Below are positions 10,452 to 22,033 of a DNA stretch of 64,000 nt, piece by piece. Under the pieces are notes generated by a model. The model was given only the letters and a program-made list of their open reading frames with translations, made no database searches and was not told where the DNA came from. Positions within the stretch are counted from its first letter, which is position 1. Each line of letters starts with the position of its first letter. Source of the DNA: Podarcis filfolensis (lineage: Eukaryota); the NCBI GenBank assembly GCA_964270895.1, contig OZ185437.1, one strand, 5' to 3'. A program made the translations under genes and the position numbers.

Positions 10452-12450
10452 TAAGGTGCTATTGGACAATTTCTTAAAATGGTAGTTCCCCATTCCTTCT
10501 GGGCATCCTCCAGAATGGTTATTTCTCCCTACATCTACTGTATATTTGGAAAGTGGTTTGTATATTTGCTACATACCCTCCAGTATTCCTTAGATTTATT
10601 TAATGGAATGCAGGAGAAGTCCAGAAAGCAGATTCTGAAAGGAAAACTGGGAGATAGAATTGCCAAAATGGAGATGTGCTAACAGCCAGGAGCTGCAAAG
10701 CAAAGGAAGGCTGAAAGTTAAAATATTTGGCTGCATGCCTGTAGTCTACATTTCAAAGTAGTAATGATGCGGTGGTGTGGTGTGGTGTGGTGATGATGAA
10801 GCTTATAGAAGTGAGCAGCCAAACTGCTGTGGTTTCATGAAATGTTAATGAAAATTCTAACAGGAAGCTGAATTCATGAACAATGGACTATCTGAAAACA
10901 AGCAGGCATCTGAGAGAGAAGTGTAAGGTCTATTTGCCTGGGGTGAACCCTCACACAGGCCCTAGGGACAATAGGAGTTGTGTGGGCAGTTAAGGAAATG
11001 AACACTAAAGCTGAATCAGAAGAGGTCCCAGGAGATGGAAAGCCAAGGGACTTTATGCCCTGAGGCTTGTTGAATCTGCCACATTATCTTACTCACTATT
11101 GAAGGAAGCTATGTTAGAGATAGGGCAAATGATAGATAGCGAGTGTGAAGGCTTAATAGACCTGGCAGAAAAGAAAATGGGATGGAACATTATTGTGTTG
11201 GGAGTATAGCGCTATGATCTGATCTGATTAGAGAAAAGAGAAATTGTAGCTGCATGGAACAACTTGAAACAGGTATTTTTTTTAATGCAAAAAACCTTAC
11301 ACAAAAACACAATGTTTCTTCAGATTCTATAAGTACATGACAGATCCAAGTAAACCGAAATACAATATTGTGCAATGCTACAAAGTTCTATTAAACCTGT
11401 CAAAATATTTTGAACCAATAGAGACTATTCAAGGAGAAAATGTTAACAGTGAAGTGTATATTTAGAGTCAAAATCTATTGAAGATTTTAATATAGGTTTG
11501 GAAGCCAAACTAGCTTGTGCAGAATAATGTTCTCCAGCTTGGTTAAAGATACACATGATTTAAAAATGCCATAAATGAGCTACTAAATGATGCTCTTATA
11601 CTTCCATGGACTGATAATTGAGCTAGCAACAGCAGCAACACTGATGTAAGTAAATCACTGCATTTCTCAAAATGCTTTGGCAACTAGGTCAAAGGTTCAA
11701 TCTGTTTCGCCTGTTAGTGTTTAGAATTAGTTTGTCAACATTTCCCCAGACACTTCCAGGCTGCAAGGACATGAAGCAGCTCTTCTCGTTTTACTGACTT
11801 GCTGGTTATTTCTAAACGTGCAATTTGGGAAAAACCATCAGCCAAATTAAATATATTTTTAATAACTGCAGTAAGTAATATGTAGGTCTTATTATCTCAG
11901 GCTTGCTGTCGTTTCCTTCTTTATATAACAGGAACTGCTAAGGATTTGGGTTTTTTTTTTAAGTAAGGGAGGGTGTTTTTGTTGTTAAACACAAATTACT
12001 GTGATACAGTAGTAGTTGGTGTGTTAGCTGTCAATTTCTGATTCAGTGTAAAACTGCTTTATCACATCATTTGCTGTAATCTCAGACCTTTCTCACACAC
12101 AGTGCTTTTTCTGCACAGAAAACGATCCACACAGCATAAAGCTTAAAATCTGCATATATGGTAATATGTAACAAATGTATGTACACCGACTGGAAAACAG
12201 TCACCAATCAGTTTCCTAGTGTGGGTATAATTAAATTAAACACACACACTTATTACTAGCATCGATCACTTGGTGAGCAATCCTGTGTACAAGAAGCAAG
12301 CCAGGGTAAATTAGGCTGGCATAAAGGTACAACAGATCCAAAGCCTGTTCAGCTGCTGCTCTACCTAAGCCTAGCAAAGGAAAACAAGCCTTTCAATATT
12401 GTCCTGCATCAGGTTGTCAGGTTACGTGATCACACTGAATGGACTTAGGA

Positions 12451-12586
12451 CTGGCATAGGCAAACTCCGGCCCTCCAGATGTTTGGGACTACAGTTCCCA
12501 TCATCTCTGACCACTGGTCCTGTTAGCTAGGGATGATGGGAATTGTAGTCCCAAACATCTGGAGGGCCGGAGTTTACCTGTGCCTG
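12451..12586. mobile_element. Palindromic hAT MITE
   Basis: Long inverted arms ggcataggcaaactccggccctccagatgtttgggact; TSD acttagga / gcttagga. Confidence 0.85.
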
Positions 12587-13217
12587 GCTTAGGATCTAGC
12601 CTAATCTTCCTGCTCTGGTCCTGCCCTTAGAATATCCCCCGGAACGCTGAGCCAGGATGAGCAAGTTATGCTGTCTTATCTTTGACTGAGCCAGGGTTGG
12701 GGGCAGTGTTAGATACTGAGATATGAAAGCTAGGAGCTAAATGGCACCTTAAACCTAGGTTATGGGCGCAACAATGGAATGCTTAGGCCTGCTTTTTTAT
12801 GACAAGAATACAAAGGTGAAAATGAAAGAACTGCGGCTAAAATATTATGTTTGTTTTTCACATGGTCCAGTCCTTCTCCTGCCCACTCCCCTAATATTTT
12901 AGGAGGGTCTCTTCTCCAGTCTTCAGAGACTAGCTGGAGGCAGGGAGGCAGAAAACGGGCCTCCTTTCCTTCCAGTCCGCAGTTTTAATCTTAAATCTTA
13001 GGCGCAGTACTGCGCCCAAAGCTCAGAAACCGCTTGCACTAATGAAATTCCCTGTCGCAAAATGTGCCTAGAACAATGGGAGTTTCGAACACTGGTTGGG
13101 GGACCAAGAAAGAACGGTACACAAGTCAAACCACAGGTTGCAAGGATCAGCAGTTCCATGAGAGCTCAAAAGGCACGACTAGCCACGAGCTAAGATGTTG
13201 AACCAACAAGTGACATA

Positions 13218-13440
13218 CAATGGTACCTCGGGTTAAGTACTTAATTCGTTCCGGAGGTCCGTTCTTAACCTGAAACTGTTCTTAACCTGAAGCACCACTT
13301 TAGCCGCCACGCCGCCGGAGCACAATTTCTGTTCTCATCCTGAAGCAAAGTTCTTAACCTGAGGTACTATTTCTGGGTTAGCGGAGTCTGTAACCTGAAG
13401 CGTCTGTAACGTGAAGCGTATGTAACCCGAGGTACCACTA
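13218..13440 (-). mobile_element. Tigger/pogo-like MITE
   Basis: Reverse-orientation copy of the 4410 family with TA flanks. Confidence 0.9.
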
Positions 13441-13803
13441 TATTCTCTATGCTTTCCTTCTGAAGGATGGGGCGGGCACAATATTTAGTTCACCATGTGG
13501 CTGGAGTCCTGAGGCTGACTGCAAATGTGCTCTCCTTCTAGTGGGCTGGCTAGGTGAGGTTTTTGCATGCTGGTGCTGACATCTCTATGTCCTAGGTGAC
13601 GGAGGTGAGATGCAAGCCAGATCAGCATTGGATTTACTCCCAGCTGCATTCCGTGAACAGGGAGACTCCTGTTTAACAGGCAGATCCTTGGCTGAAGAAG
13701 CTAAGGGAGGCATCTCTGGGAGGGAGTTAATGGGAGGCCCTTCTGAGAGTTTGTGTAAGTCATCTTTGGAAGGCAGATTTCCGCCCGCTAACCCACTGGG
13801 ACC

Positions 13804-14026
13804 CATAGCTGTCAACTTTCAGTTTTGAAAATAAGGGATCAGCAGCCTCAAAAATAAGGGATCAGCAGCATAGCTGTCAACTTTCGGATTTGAAAAGAAG
13901 GGATCAGCAGCCTCACCTGTCCCGGAGACAGTCTACGGGCTATCTAACAATCCGGGATAGCAGCGGGAAACGGCGCTGAAATAAGGGAATTTCCCGCAAA
14001 AAAAAAAGGGAAGGTTGACAGCTATG
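13804..14026. mobile_element. hAT MITE with a duplicated left end
   Basis: catagctgtcaac at 13804 and 13869, gttgacagctatg at 14014-14026, and a perfect 8-bp TSD ctgggacc. Confidence 0.88.
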
Positions 14027-15004
14027 CTGGGACCCTCTCCAGGATCCAGCATTTATTGGGGTTTGGAATCCATTACCCACATACCACTGGGACCCTTTTA
14101 ACTCTCCAAGATCCTCCTACACCTTCTTAGGGTCTCACTCCCCCCTCCACGACACCTCCATGGCACTCATGACAATATGCAAGTTTGAGTTACGTGCTCA
14201 AACATGACAGTTTTGAAACTAGTAGATGCAGCTGAGTAGAATATATATGATACACTGCAGTATTTTCCTTTGAAGTGTTATAAAAATAGATGGCAAATTT
14301 TCTGCTCGTACATGATTAGAGTTTGAATTTAAGCCTGTACGTAATCATGTGGATTATAAATGAGTGCCAGTGAAATTTATAGTACTGTAATATATTTTGA
14401 AAGACTCCCTATTGTTTCAATATGTTGGGCCGTTTTCCATTCCATGTCATTTATGAAAGCCACATTGTTTCTTCCAGGAAAGTAGACAACACATCAACCC
14501 AGATTCTCGGAAGATTTGTATTTCATCATGTACTTTTAATTTAAATCAACTTTTGCACTTTTAAAATGGCATTCTCTAAATACTTTAGCGCTAGTGAAGG
14601 TGGCCAGGTCAGGCGGAATGATCTGCAGTAGTGATAGCCCTAATGTTTCAAGTAATGTGTGCATAAACAAATCACTCTATAATGTTATTAGCCATTATTA
14701 GTGACCTGTTATTAGTGACCTGGTTTGAATGTAATGCTAAACCAAACAATGACTTAGCATGAGTGTATGAGCGTTTGAGTTCCCAGAGAGGAGGCTGTAG
14801 CTGCTTCATTCTTTCTCTGGCCCTGCTGCTGCAGTGCTGCTCTGAGCTAAGCCATGGATTGGCAGAGACTGCCATCTGAATCTGAGCTCATAGTTTGCTT
14901 CACTCCACACAAACCACGACCTGTAATTATGGTTTGTTCTATGGCTTGTGGTTTGTCTGGAGCAAACAAATTATGAATCTGGACTTGGATGACATTCGTA
15001 GAGC

Positions 15005-15140
15005 CATAGAATTGTAGAGTTGGATGGGACCCTGAGAGTCATCTAGTCCTTCCCACTGCAATGCAGGAATATGCAAATGACCCTTATGAGGATCAAACCC
15101 ATGACATTGGCATTATCAGCACTACACTCTAACCACCCAA
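15005..15140 (-). mobile_element. tRNA-headed SINE with CR1-like tail
   Basis: The minus strand has A-box and B-box-like tggttagagtg / gggtttgatcc followed by ccaactctacaattctatg. Confidence 0.6.
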
Positions 15141-17447
15141 GTCCATTAAAATGTGCACACTGCAGCTACAGATTGTGAGGGTTGGATTGTATGGACCATA
15201 TGTTTTTTAAATAGCATTGTCTCTCTACAATGCTACAAAGGTACCAGATCTGTATGTCTTATTTCCAGCAGTCCTTGTAGGAAACAGCTTGTTCCTTTTT
15301 TGAATATCTTCTGGATGATGAAAGAGAACCCGTTTAGATATTCTAGCAGGAGATGGATCCTATGGCCAAGGACCAAATCCTCTAATCTGGGCACATGGAT
15401 GTTTGCAGTTGTTACTGATGTTTATTAAATTTATATAATGCCCTTCATCCGAAGATCACAGGGTGGTTTACAGTATAATTCTGAAGTAAGGGTCTGTTTA
15501 TTAGCCCTGTGCCAGCATGACTGTGGTTATCTAGACTGATTCAGGAAGCTAAAGATCTTCTGTTTGATGGTACAGAGCTCTTTAACATGAAGTTGGATAA
15601 GGCATTGGACAGAGTCTAAAAGATGTAATATGACTTATTGCATGGGTTTTGAGATGAAGCATTCTATTTTTGCTGCATATCACCTCTGCTACAGAACTTC
15701 CTCCACCTGCCTAGCCTCCCGCTTGCCAGCAACACAGACATTGGAGGTTGCTTTGGGCTCTGCCAAGAAAGGCTTCTTGGAGACAAAGTTTAAGTCATCC
15801 TACCTGTGCAAAAGGATCTTGATTGGATATGACAACACTGATGGACCTGCTCAGTTGAGTAACCTTGCCCTCCGAGTGGATGACCACTCTGTAGTTACTC
15901 TGCGACCTCTTCCTGCACTGGGTGACGCAAGCCATCAATGAGTTTGCAATTGTTGATAGCAGCAAATGTTGCCTGTTCTGCAGCAGGGTTTGGAGTGTTC
16001 AAATCAAGCCACATTAATATGTAATCTTTACAATGGCTCCGTAAAGTAGTTCAGCATCATCTCTGTGTTATATTTGGTGACCTGAGGCTGAGGGAACAAT
16101 GTTGTGTCTTGCCTAAGACCATGAAGTGCTTATTTCAGTTGTGGGTATTATTTTGGTTTATGGCCGGTATTGTCCTGCATTAGAATGTTCTTTTATGGAT
16201 TGTTCTCCATCTATTGAAACTTCTAGTGTGACTATCATTTCTAATCGTTGGCCATGCTTCCTGGGGTTGATGGGAACTGTATCTAGTAACATCTGGAGGA
16301 CACATGTCACAGGGATGTTTCATGTTAACCTTCAGATACTATAGATGAACAACAGGGATAAAGCATATGGTAAGGGTCTTTCTAGCACCCCCTCTTAGGT
16401 AGATGTGGTTTTGACAGCTACTCTATGTGTGTGTGTGTGGCTAAACCAGCTTCGGAGTGAATCAGAGTCTGAGCAACCCCACTCAGAATCACAGGCTTGC
16501 TCTTGTTAAGCAATACCTCAAGCAGATACTGCAATTACTGTTCATATCTGACAGCTCAACTTGATTTTTTTGGTCTTATAACTTAAAAAACACATCAGCA
16601 ATAATATTAGTATGAGTCATCCCTAATGAAAATATGATCAGTTGCATGAACATTTTTTATTAGGAATCAATCAAGAGCACATACTTAATGCCACTGTCTG
16701 CTAAAAGCGATTTGACATTGTTTCATAGTGACTTGGCACAATAGAGATTGTAAGATGGTAAGTGAGAAACAGCAATAATATGAGGCACATCCACAAACCT
16801 TTCCATCCACTTTTCAAGTATTGCTAAAGACTGTGGATTCATGGAAGTCACTTAACAAATTGAGGGTTACAGTTATGATTGCAGATAAATGCATAGTCAG
16901 TTTTAACTCAGTTGCATGATTGAAGTAGAAGTGCTCTGCTGACTATGCAAAAGCTGGTTTTGATACCAAGCTGTCAGTGCTGAGCACATTAATATTCTCT
17001 CAGTGCTTCATTTCAATCTGGCAACTCCGGAATCAGGACAGCAGAGATGAGATTAATGGCAAGACTTGGAGACTTTATGCAATGTTGATGCACATAGCCT
17101 ATATTATCTCTGTGCTGTTGTGTAACCTTGTTCTTGATCAAAACGATAGTAATGATTTTATGCCTTAGCCACATGTCTTTATGTTTGACAAGCTCAGGGC
17201 TGCTATATACATAAAGGTTTTAATCTGTATTACAAATCTAAACCCTCTAATATCCTCTGTGTTCAGAATTTAGTTTTCCATTTGTCTCAATATATTTAAA
17301 TTAATTAAACTTTATTCCCTATGATCAGTTAAGCCATAGTATGTAAGTGCTCCCAGATAGAGCCTATTGCACAGCACCAACAATCTCTAAACAGATTAGT
17401 AAAATAAGTGCTGTGGGAACAGCCATTTCCAAATTAGGTAATAGAAT

Positions 17448-17570
17448 AATAGAATTGTAGAGTTGGAAGGGATCTTGAGGATCATCTAGTCCAACTCCCT
17501 GCAATGCAAGAATCTTAGCTAGATCATACATGACAGATGGCCATCCAACCTCTGCTTAAAAACCTCCAAG
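17448..17570 (-). mobile_element. CR1-like 3' end fragment
   Basis: agaattgtagagttggaagggatcttgaggatcatctagtccaac, the same tail as at 15005 and 34320. Confidence 0.6.
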
Positions 17571-17960
17571 GGACCCACTGGAGATTTAAAGGAATTCTGG
17601 ATGCTCTGGGTGAACATTCCAGTTGCCATGACTTCTGCTTCTATGGAGGCTCTGGTCTTGCTTTAGAATTGTGAGATGGAAAGAGTTACCAACATAATCA
17701 CTCCCTAGCGTTTTGGCTTGCGGGAGTAGTTAGTTTTCAGCGTGGTTTTCAGCGTGGACAATACTTCGCTACATTGCTGCTGATTTTCCTTTTGAATCAT
17801 TCATGTTCTCCATGAAATGAATAAAAACTACTCTGGCATTTATTTTTGCTGTCCACGCTTGACCAGTGTGTATTTGGAAATTGGAAATGCATCCCAAAGT
17901 TTTTGTAGCATAAGAGTTCTAACAATGTTCTTTTTTTTTTTTGTCTCTGTCCTTCAATAG

Positions 17961-18080
17961 GATGATGAAGTGGTTCTGCAGTGCACTGCTACTGTTCACA
18001 AAGAACAACAGAAATTGTGCCTTGCCGCAGAAGGATTTGGCAACAGGCTCTGCTTCTTGGAATCCACTTCAAATTCTAAG
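17961..18080 (+). CDS. RYR2: RYR2 exon 2 (120 nt) [40 protein letters not shown]
   Basis: caatag acceptor and gtaccg donor; translation near-identical to the RyR2 N-terminus. Confidence 0.98.
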
Positions 18081-18852
18081 GTACCGTAAACTGTCTAGTT
18101 CTAATGCAGTGTTGAACGTTACCGACATAACAGACCTTTTCTTCTTGTTGAAATGTTGTCCTCTGTGATGCAGAGTAAGTGCATCAATGTTACAGCTGGT
18201 AGAGTTGAGTTGCATTCCAGCACATTATGTTTTTCTTATATAATTCACAACATATTATACCCAGCAAAATAAACCTGATGTTAATATACATAATGACAAG
18301 CTAAATTCTGAACAACTATTATCATACAAAAACCTTTGAGGAAGGCTGTGTGACCTTCTTCTCCTTCACTCTACAGCCTCTCCCCGCTTCTCCAAAATCT
18401 GCTCTGGACTCTCCAGAGCTAATTTTGAGGATGGAGGCGCTGTAGGTGGACGTTTGCTCATGTGATGTTGATTTCAGCCCACGTATTACAGATTGCTTGT
18501 GTATTGTTATCTTATTGATGGGCGTGTGGAGAAAATACGTGAATTAGATTAATTTGCCGCCTTTCCTTTTTTGGAAGAATGCTAATTTAAATTTTCTAGT
18601 GCAAGGTGTTCAGTGTGGAGAGTGAGGTTAAATAAATAACATCTTATCCAAGTGATATTTGTCCTCTTCAAGTTTCATAGCAAATTAACAGCTAATATCA
18701 CAGCCATTGCCAGTCAGTTGGTACTAGTGTACTGATCAAATATCATTCTTCCTAAGTTTTGTGGGATTCATGATGCTTTGCTGTGTGTAGGTCTGCAGGC
18801 TGCAGGTACTTTTATATTGTAACCTGCCCTGTGATCTTTGGATGAAGGGCGG

Positions 18853-19226
18853 TGTTATGTACTGAGTTGAATAGGATCCAAACTGCAGCAGTCTGATTGG
18901 TCCTAGAATAATAGGATCCAAAAGGCAGCAGTCTGATTGGTCCTAGAACAATAGGATTCAGAATGCAGCAGTCTCATTGGTCCTAGAACAATGCAGCAGT
19001 ATGATTGGTTGGCAGGAACCACCCAATCATGCTCCAGATAGAAGTGAATCCACAACTTGATTGGCTTACAGTAGAATTCCGGAATTAGCCAATCATGTGC
19101 AGCCCATTGTGTAAATAATGTATATAAAGCAGATACTTTGAGGGGACTTTCATTCATTCATTTCTCCTCACCACTATGAGCTGAATAAAGAGCATGAAAT
19201 CACTTTGCGACTCTGAGTATATTTCA
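18853..19226 (+). mobile_element. Solo LTR, family B (374 bp), sense to RYR2
   Basis: TG...CA termini, perfect 5-bp TSD ggcgg, 40-bp tandem repeats with ATTGG (CCAAT) boxes, TATATAAA at 19121 and AATAAA at 19184. Confidence 0.9.
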
Positions 19227-19662
19227 GGCGGTATAGAAATGCAATAAATAAGAGCAGTAGGAACAATAAATACATGTACCATGTCATGTGGAGCACAGGA
19301 AGCAAAGCATCATGGAGATTTGTATGTCTTTAAATTGTGTGCAGAATCCTTTTCTGACGATTGTCAATCTCATTGGTGCTGATGTTACCCTCCAATCTTC
19401 ACAAGCTGTACTTGAAGCAAGTGCCCCTACAGCAGGGTCCCTATCCCCATGCTCTTGAGACAGTCATAGGTGAAAATGGATCCAGGATCTACACAGCAGT
19501 GACTTATCAGAAATCCCCTTTCCTCACATGGCTATCTTCATAATCTGTGCTATCAAATGGGAGTCTGCCAGACAAAGATTCTTGAAGAAAAACATTTTGA
19601 AAAAATGAATGTTTCTTGAAGAAAAGCATTTTGTACCTAAAATGTTGTGGGTTCCACTATAG

Positions 19663-19838
19663 CAGGGCTGTCCATTTTCCAAGAGACTACGATCTACAAC
19701 CACTATAAAAAGACCGGCAGTGATCTACCCATTGGATTGACCAGAGTTGTTGAGCTTTTTTTTTGGGCATCCATTCATTGGCAGGGGCATCCCGCAATCG
19801 ACCAGTAGATCTCACGATCGACCTGTTGGACAGCCCCA
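19663..19838. mobile_element. hAT MITE
   Basis: TIRs cagggctgtcca / tggacagcccca; TSD cactatag / cactataa. Confidence 0.8.
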
Positions 19839-20860
19839 CACTATAAGAATCAGTTGAGGCAAATAAAGGATTCAGTGAATTCTGACAATTTTATTTGTTA
19901 AAAGGAAGTAAGCAGCAGTAGTTATCTGTTAGCTGTTGTTCATTATTTATTTAGTTTTGAATAAAAATTTTAAATTTTGGCAAGTAAAGGAAATATACTA
20001 AAGTAATCTTGCATATAAGGCCTTTATTTCCTCCCCCCTGCCTACAGAATCCTTCAGCACAACCTTAATTAAATTTATTATCTCCAATGTGGTGCAGACT
20101 AATGTTTTACTTTCAGTCAGTCATCATTTTGAATGTATTATTCATCATTATAAAAAATTAATTGGAATATTAATGATTCATTATAATAGCAGTGGTTCTG
20201 AGGATTTCATCTGTCCTGCTCACTTGTAACTGAATAATTCCCAGTAATAAAATATGTAAGGATAGGTAACTTCAGTATTCTATAGTTTTATAAAATATTA
20301 TTTAGCAAATAAATTTTAATTAAACAGCAAATGTATCCTCCCCAGTACTTCATTGTTGGTCCATAAGTAAGATGTCCATGTAATCATATTACCATTTCTT
20401 TTTCTTTAGTTGGTTTCTTTTAAAAGACTTAAGAATAGCAGGTGCTTCTCAGGCATCTAGAAAACTAAGATGCATTTGGTAAAAAATTAATATAGGAAAG
20501 AACAGGTGACAGATCTAGCCAGTTCTAAGTTCAGAAGTACAACATAAAGTGGAGACATCATGGTTTTTTTTCTGCCAATAATTTACAGCTCTTTCCAGTA
20601 TGTCTGGTGGGAGTATCCCAGTAGAAAGGGAAAGCATAAGAAAAAGGGAAGGTTGAAGAAAGAGCAGTCTTTTTAAAGCATGTTTAAGGGGTCTCACTGA
20701 GAGAAAAGGAAGTGAAAAGAAACAGTGACAAAAAAGATGGGTAGGGTAAAAATGGAGAAGATGATGGTGAAGAAGAAGAGTGCATGGAAACGGCTTTATC
20801 ACATAAATGAGATGTAAAAACTAAAGGAGCTAAAGGACAAGCACAATGAGGATAGGAGCT

Positions 20861-21084
20861 AAGGTAAAGGTAAAGGGACCCCTGACCATTAGGTCCAGTC
20901 GTGGCCGACTCTGGGGTTGCGGTGCTCATCTCGCTTTATTGGCCGAGGGAGCTGGCGTACAGCTTCCGGGTCATGTGGCCAGCATGACTAAGCCGCTTCT
21001 GGCGAACCAGACCAGAGCAGCGCACTGAAACACCGTTTACCTTCCCGCCAGAGTGGTACCTATTTATCTACTTGCACTTTGATG
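20861..21084 (-). mobile_element. Sauria SINE, 5'-truncated
   Basis: aaggtaaaggtaaagggacccctgacc tail and SINE body; the head is missing. Confidence 0.9.
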
Positions 21085-21684
21085 TTTCATAGTCACTGCA
21101 CTACTTGAGAAATAATCTTGCAGAGTGAGCAACTGGGGCAGGTGAGCAGTAAATCTTGGGGTTTAATTTGGGTTGAGTCATGTAAACTGCAGCTGGCACA
21201 CTGATGGACTCTGGACCTGGGACTCATAAAGAAAAAGTGTTTTAAATGCATTGTATATGCAGTATAACACTGTGACACCAGATGGCGCTGTGGAGTCCTG
21301 TCTTTCCCAACCGGATTTCCTTGTACGAGTTTACAACGTGTTGAACTGAAACACTTCTTTGATGTGTCTAGATCCAGCCCTGGTAGGACATCTTAGGGCC
21401 CGAGGAAATCATGTGTGTGGGGACAACTTCTGATTTGCTCTCCATCCTCCTCCAATGTGGACATTGCAGTTGTACAAATACTTAGCACCTAATTAAACCA
21501 AGAAGTACTTACAATTGCCTCTCTGGTGGGAGAAGAGTTTTATGGCTTCCACATGTTGTGATTCTCCCCCCACCCTCACAAAGAAACCAGCTGCTTAACA
21601 TTGTAGTTGTGCAAATACTTAAACATATAAGCACTTATTATATGGGCTGGTGTGGTACAATATCCAGGTATAGAAGTAAGCCCT

Positions 21685-22033
21685 AGGTAAAGGTAAAGGG
21701 ACCCTTGACCATTAGGTCCAGTCGTGACCGACTCTAGGGTTGTGGCGCTCATCTCGCTTTATTGGCCGAGGGAGCCGGCATACAGCTTTCGGGTCATGTG
21801 GCCAGCATGACTAAGCTGCTTCTGGCGAACCAGAGCAGTGCACGGAAACACTGTTTCACTTCCCACTGGCGTGGTACCTATTTATCTACTTGCACTTTGA
21901 CATGCTTTCAAACTGCTAGGTTGTCAGGAGCAGGGACCGAGCAACGGGAGCTCACCCTCTTGTGGAGATTCAAACCACCAACCTTCTGATTGGCAAGTCC
22001 TAGGCTCTGTGGTTTAACCCACAGCGCCACCCG
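21685..22033 (-). mobile_element. Sauria SINE, full length
   Basis: Runs from the tail to ...ggtttaacccacagcgccacc. Confidence 0.92.

Larger units (their letters stand above)
9851..10472. mobile_element. Penelope-like element (PLE) remnant as an inverted pair of terminal repeats; right arm interrupted by a SINE
   Basis: 9851-9982 is the reverse complement of about 10014-10113 plus 10457-10472; each arm carries a hammerhead-type motif, as known for PLE pseudo-LTRs. Confidence 0.75.
12950..14174 (-). mobile_element. Decayed LTR-like element (family C) with two nested MITEs; left bound uncertain
   Basis: The minus strand starts TGTCATG at 14174, has a Pro/Ser then Arg reading-frame remnant, and ATTAAA at 12984-12989. 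No TSD was found. Confidence 0.45.

Noticed and set aside
1-17960. RYR2 exon 1 or its promoter
   Set aside because: No MADxGEGEDEIQFLRT-like coding segment or CpG island was seen; this region is the distal part of intron 1.
18871-19010. 40-bp tandem repeats as a CRISPR-like array
   Set aside because: There are no unique spacers, the context is eukaryotic, and they are LTR U3 enhancer repeats.
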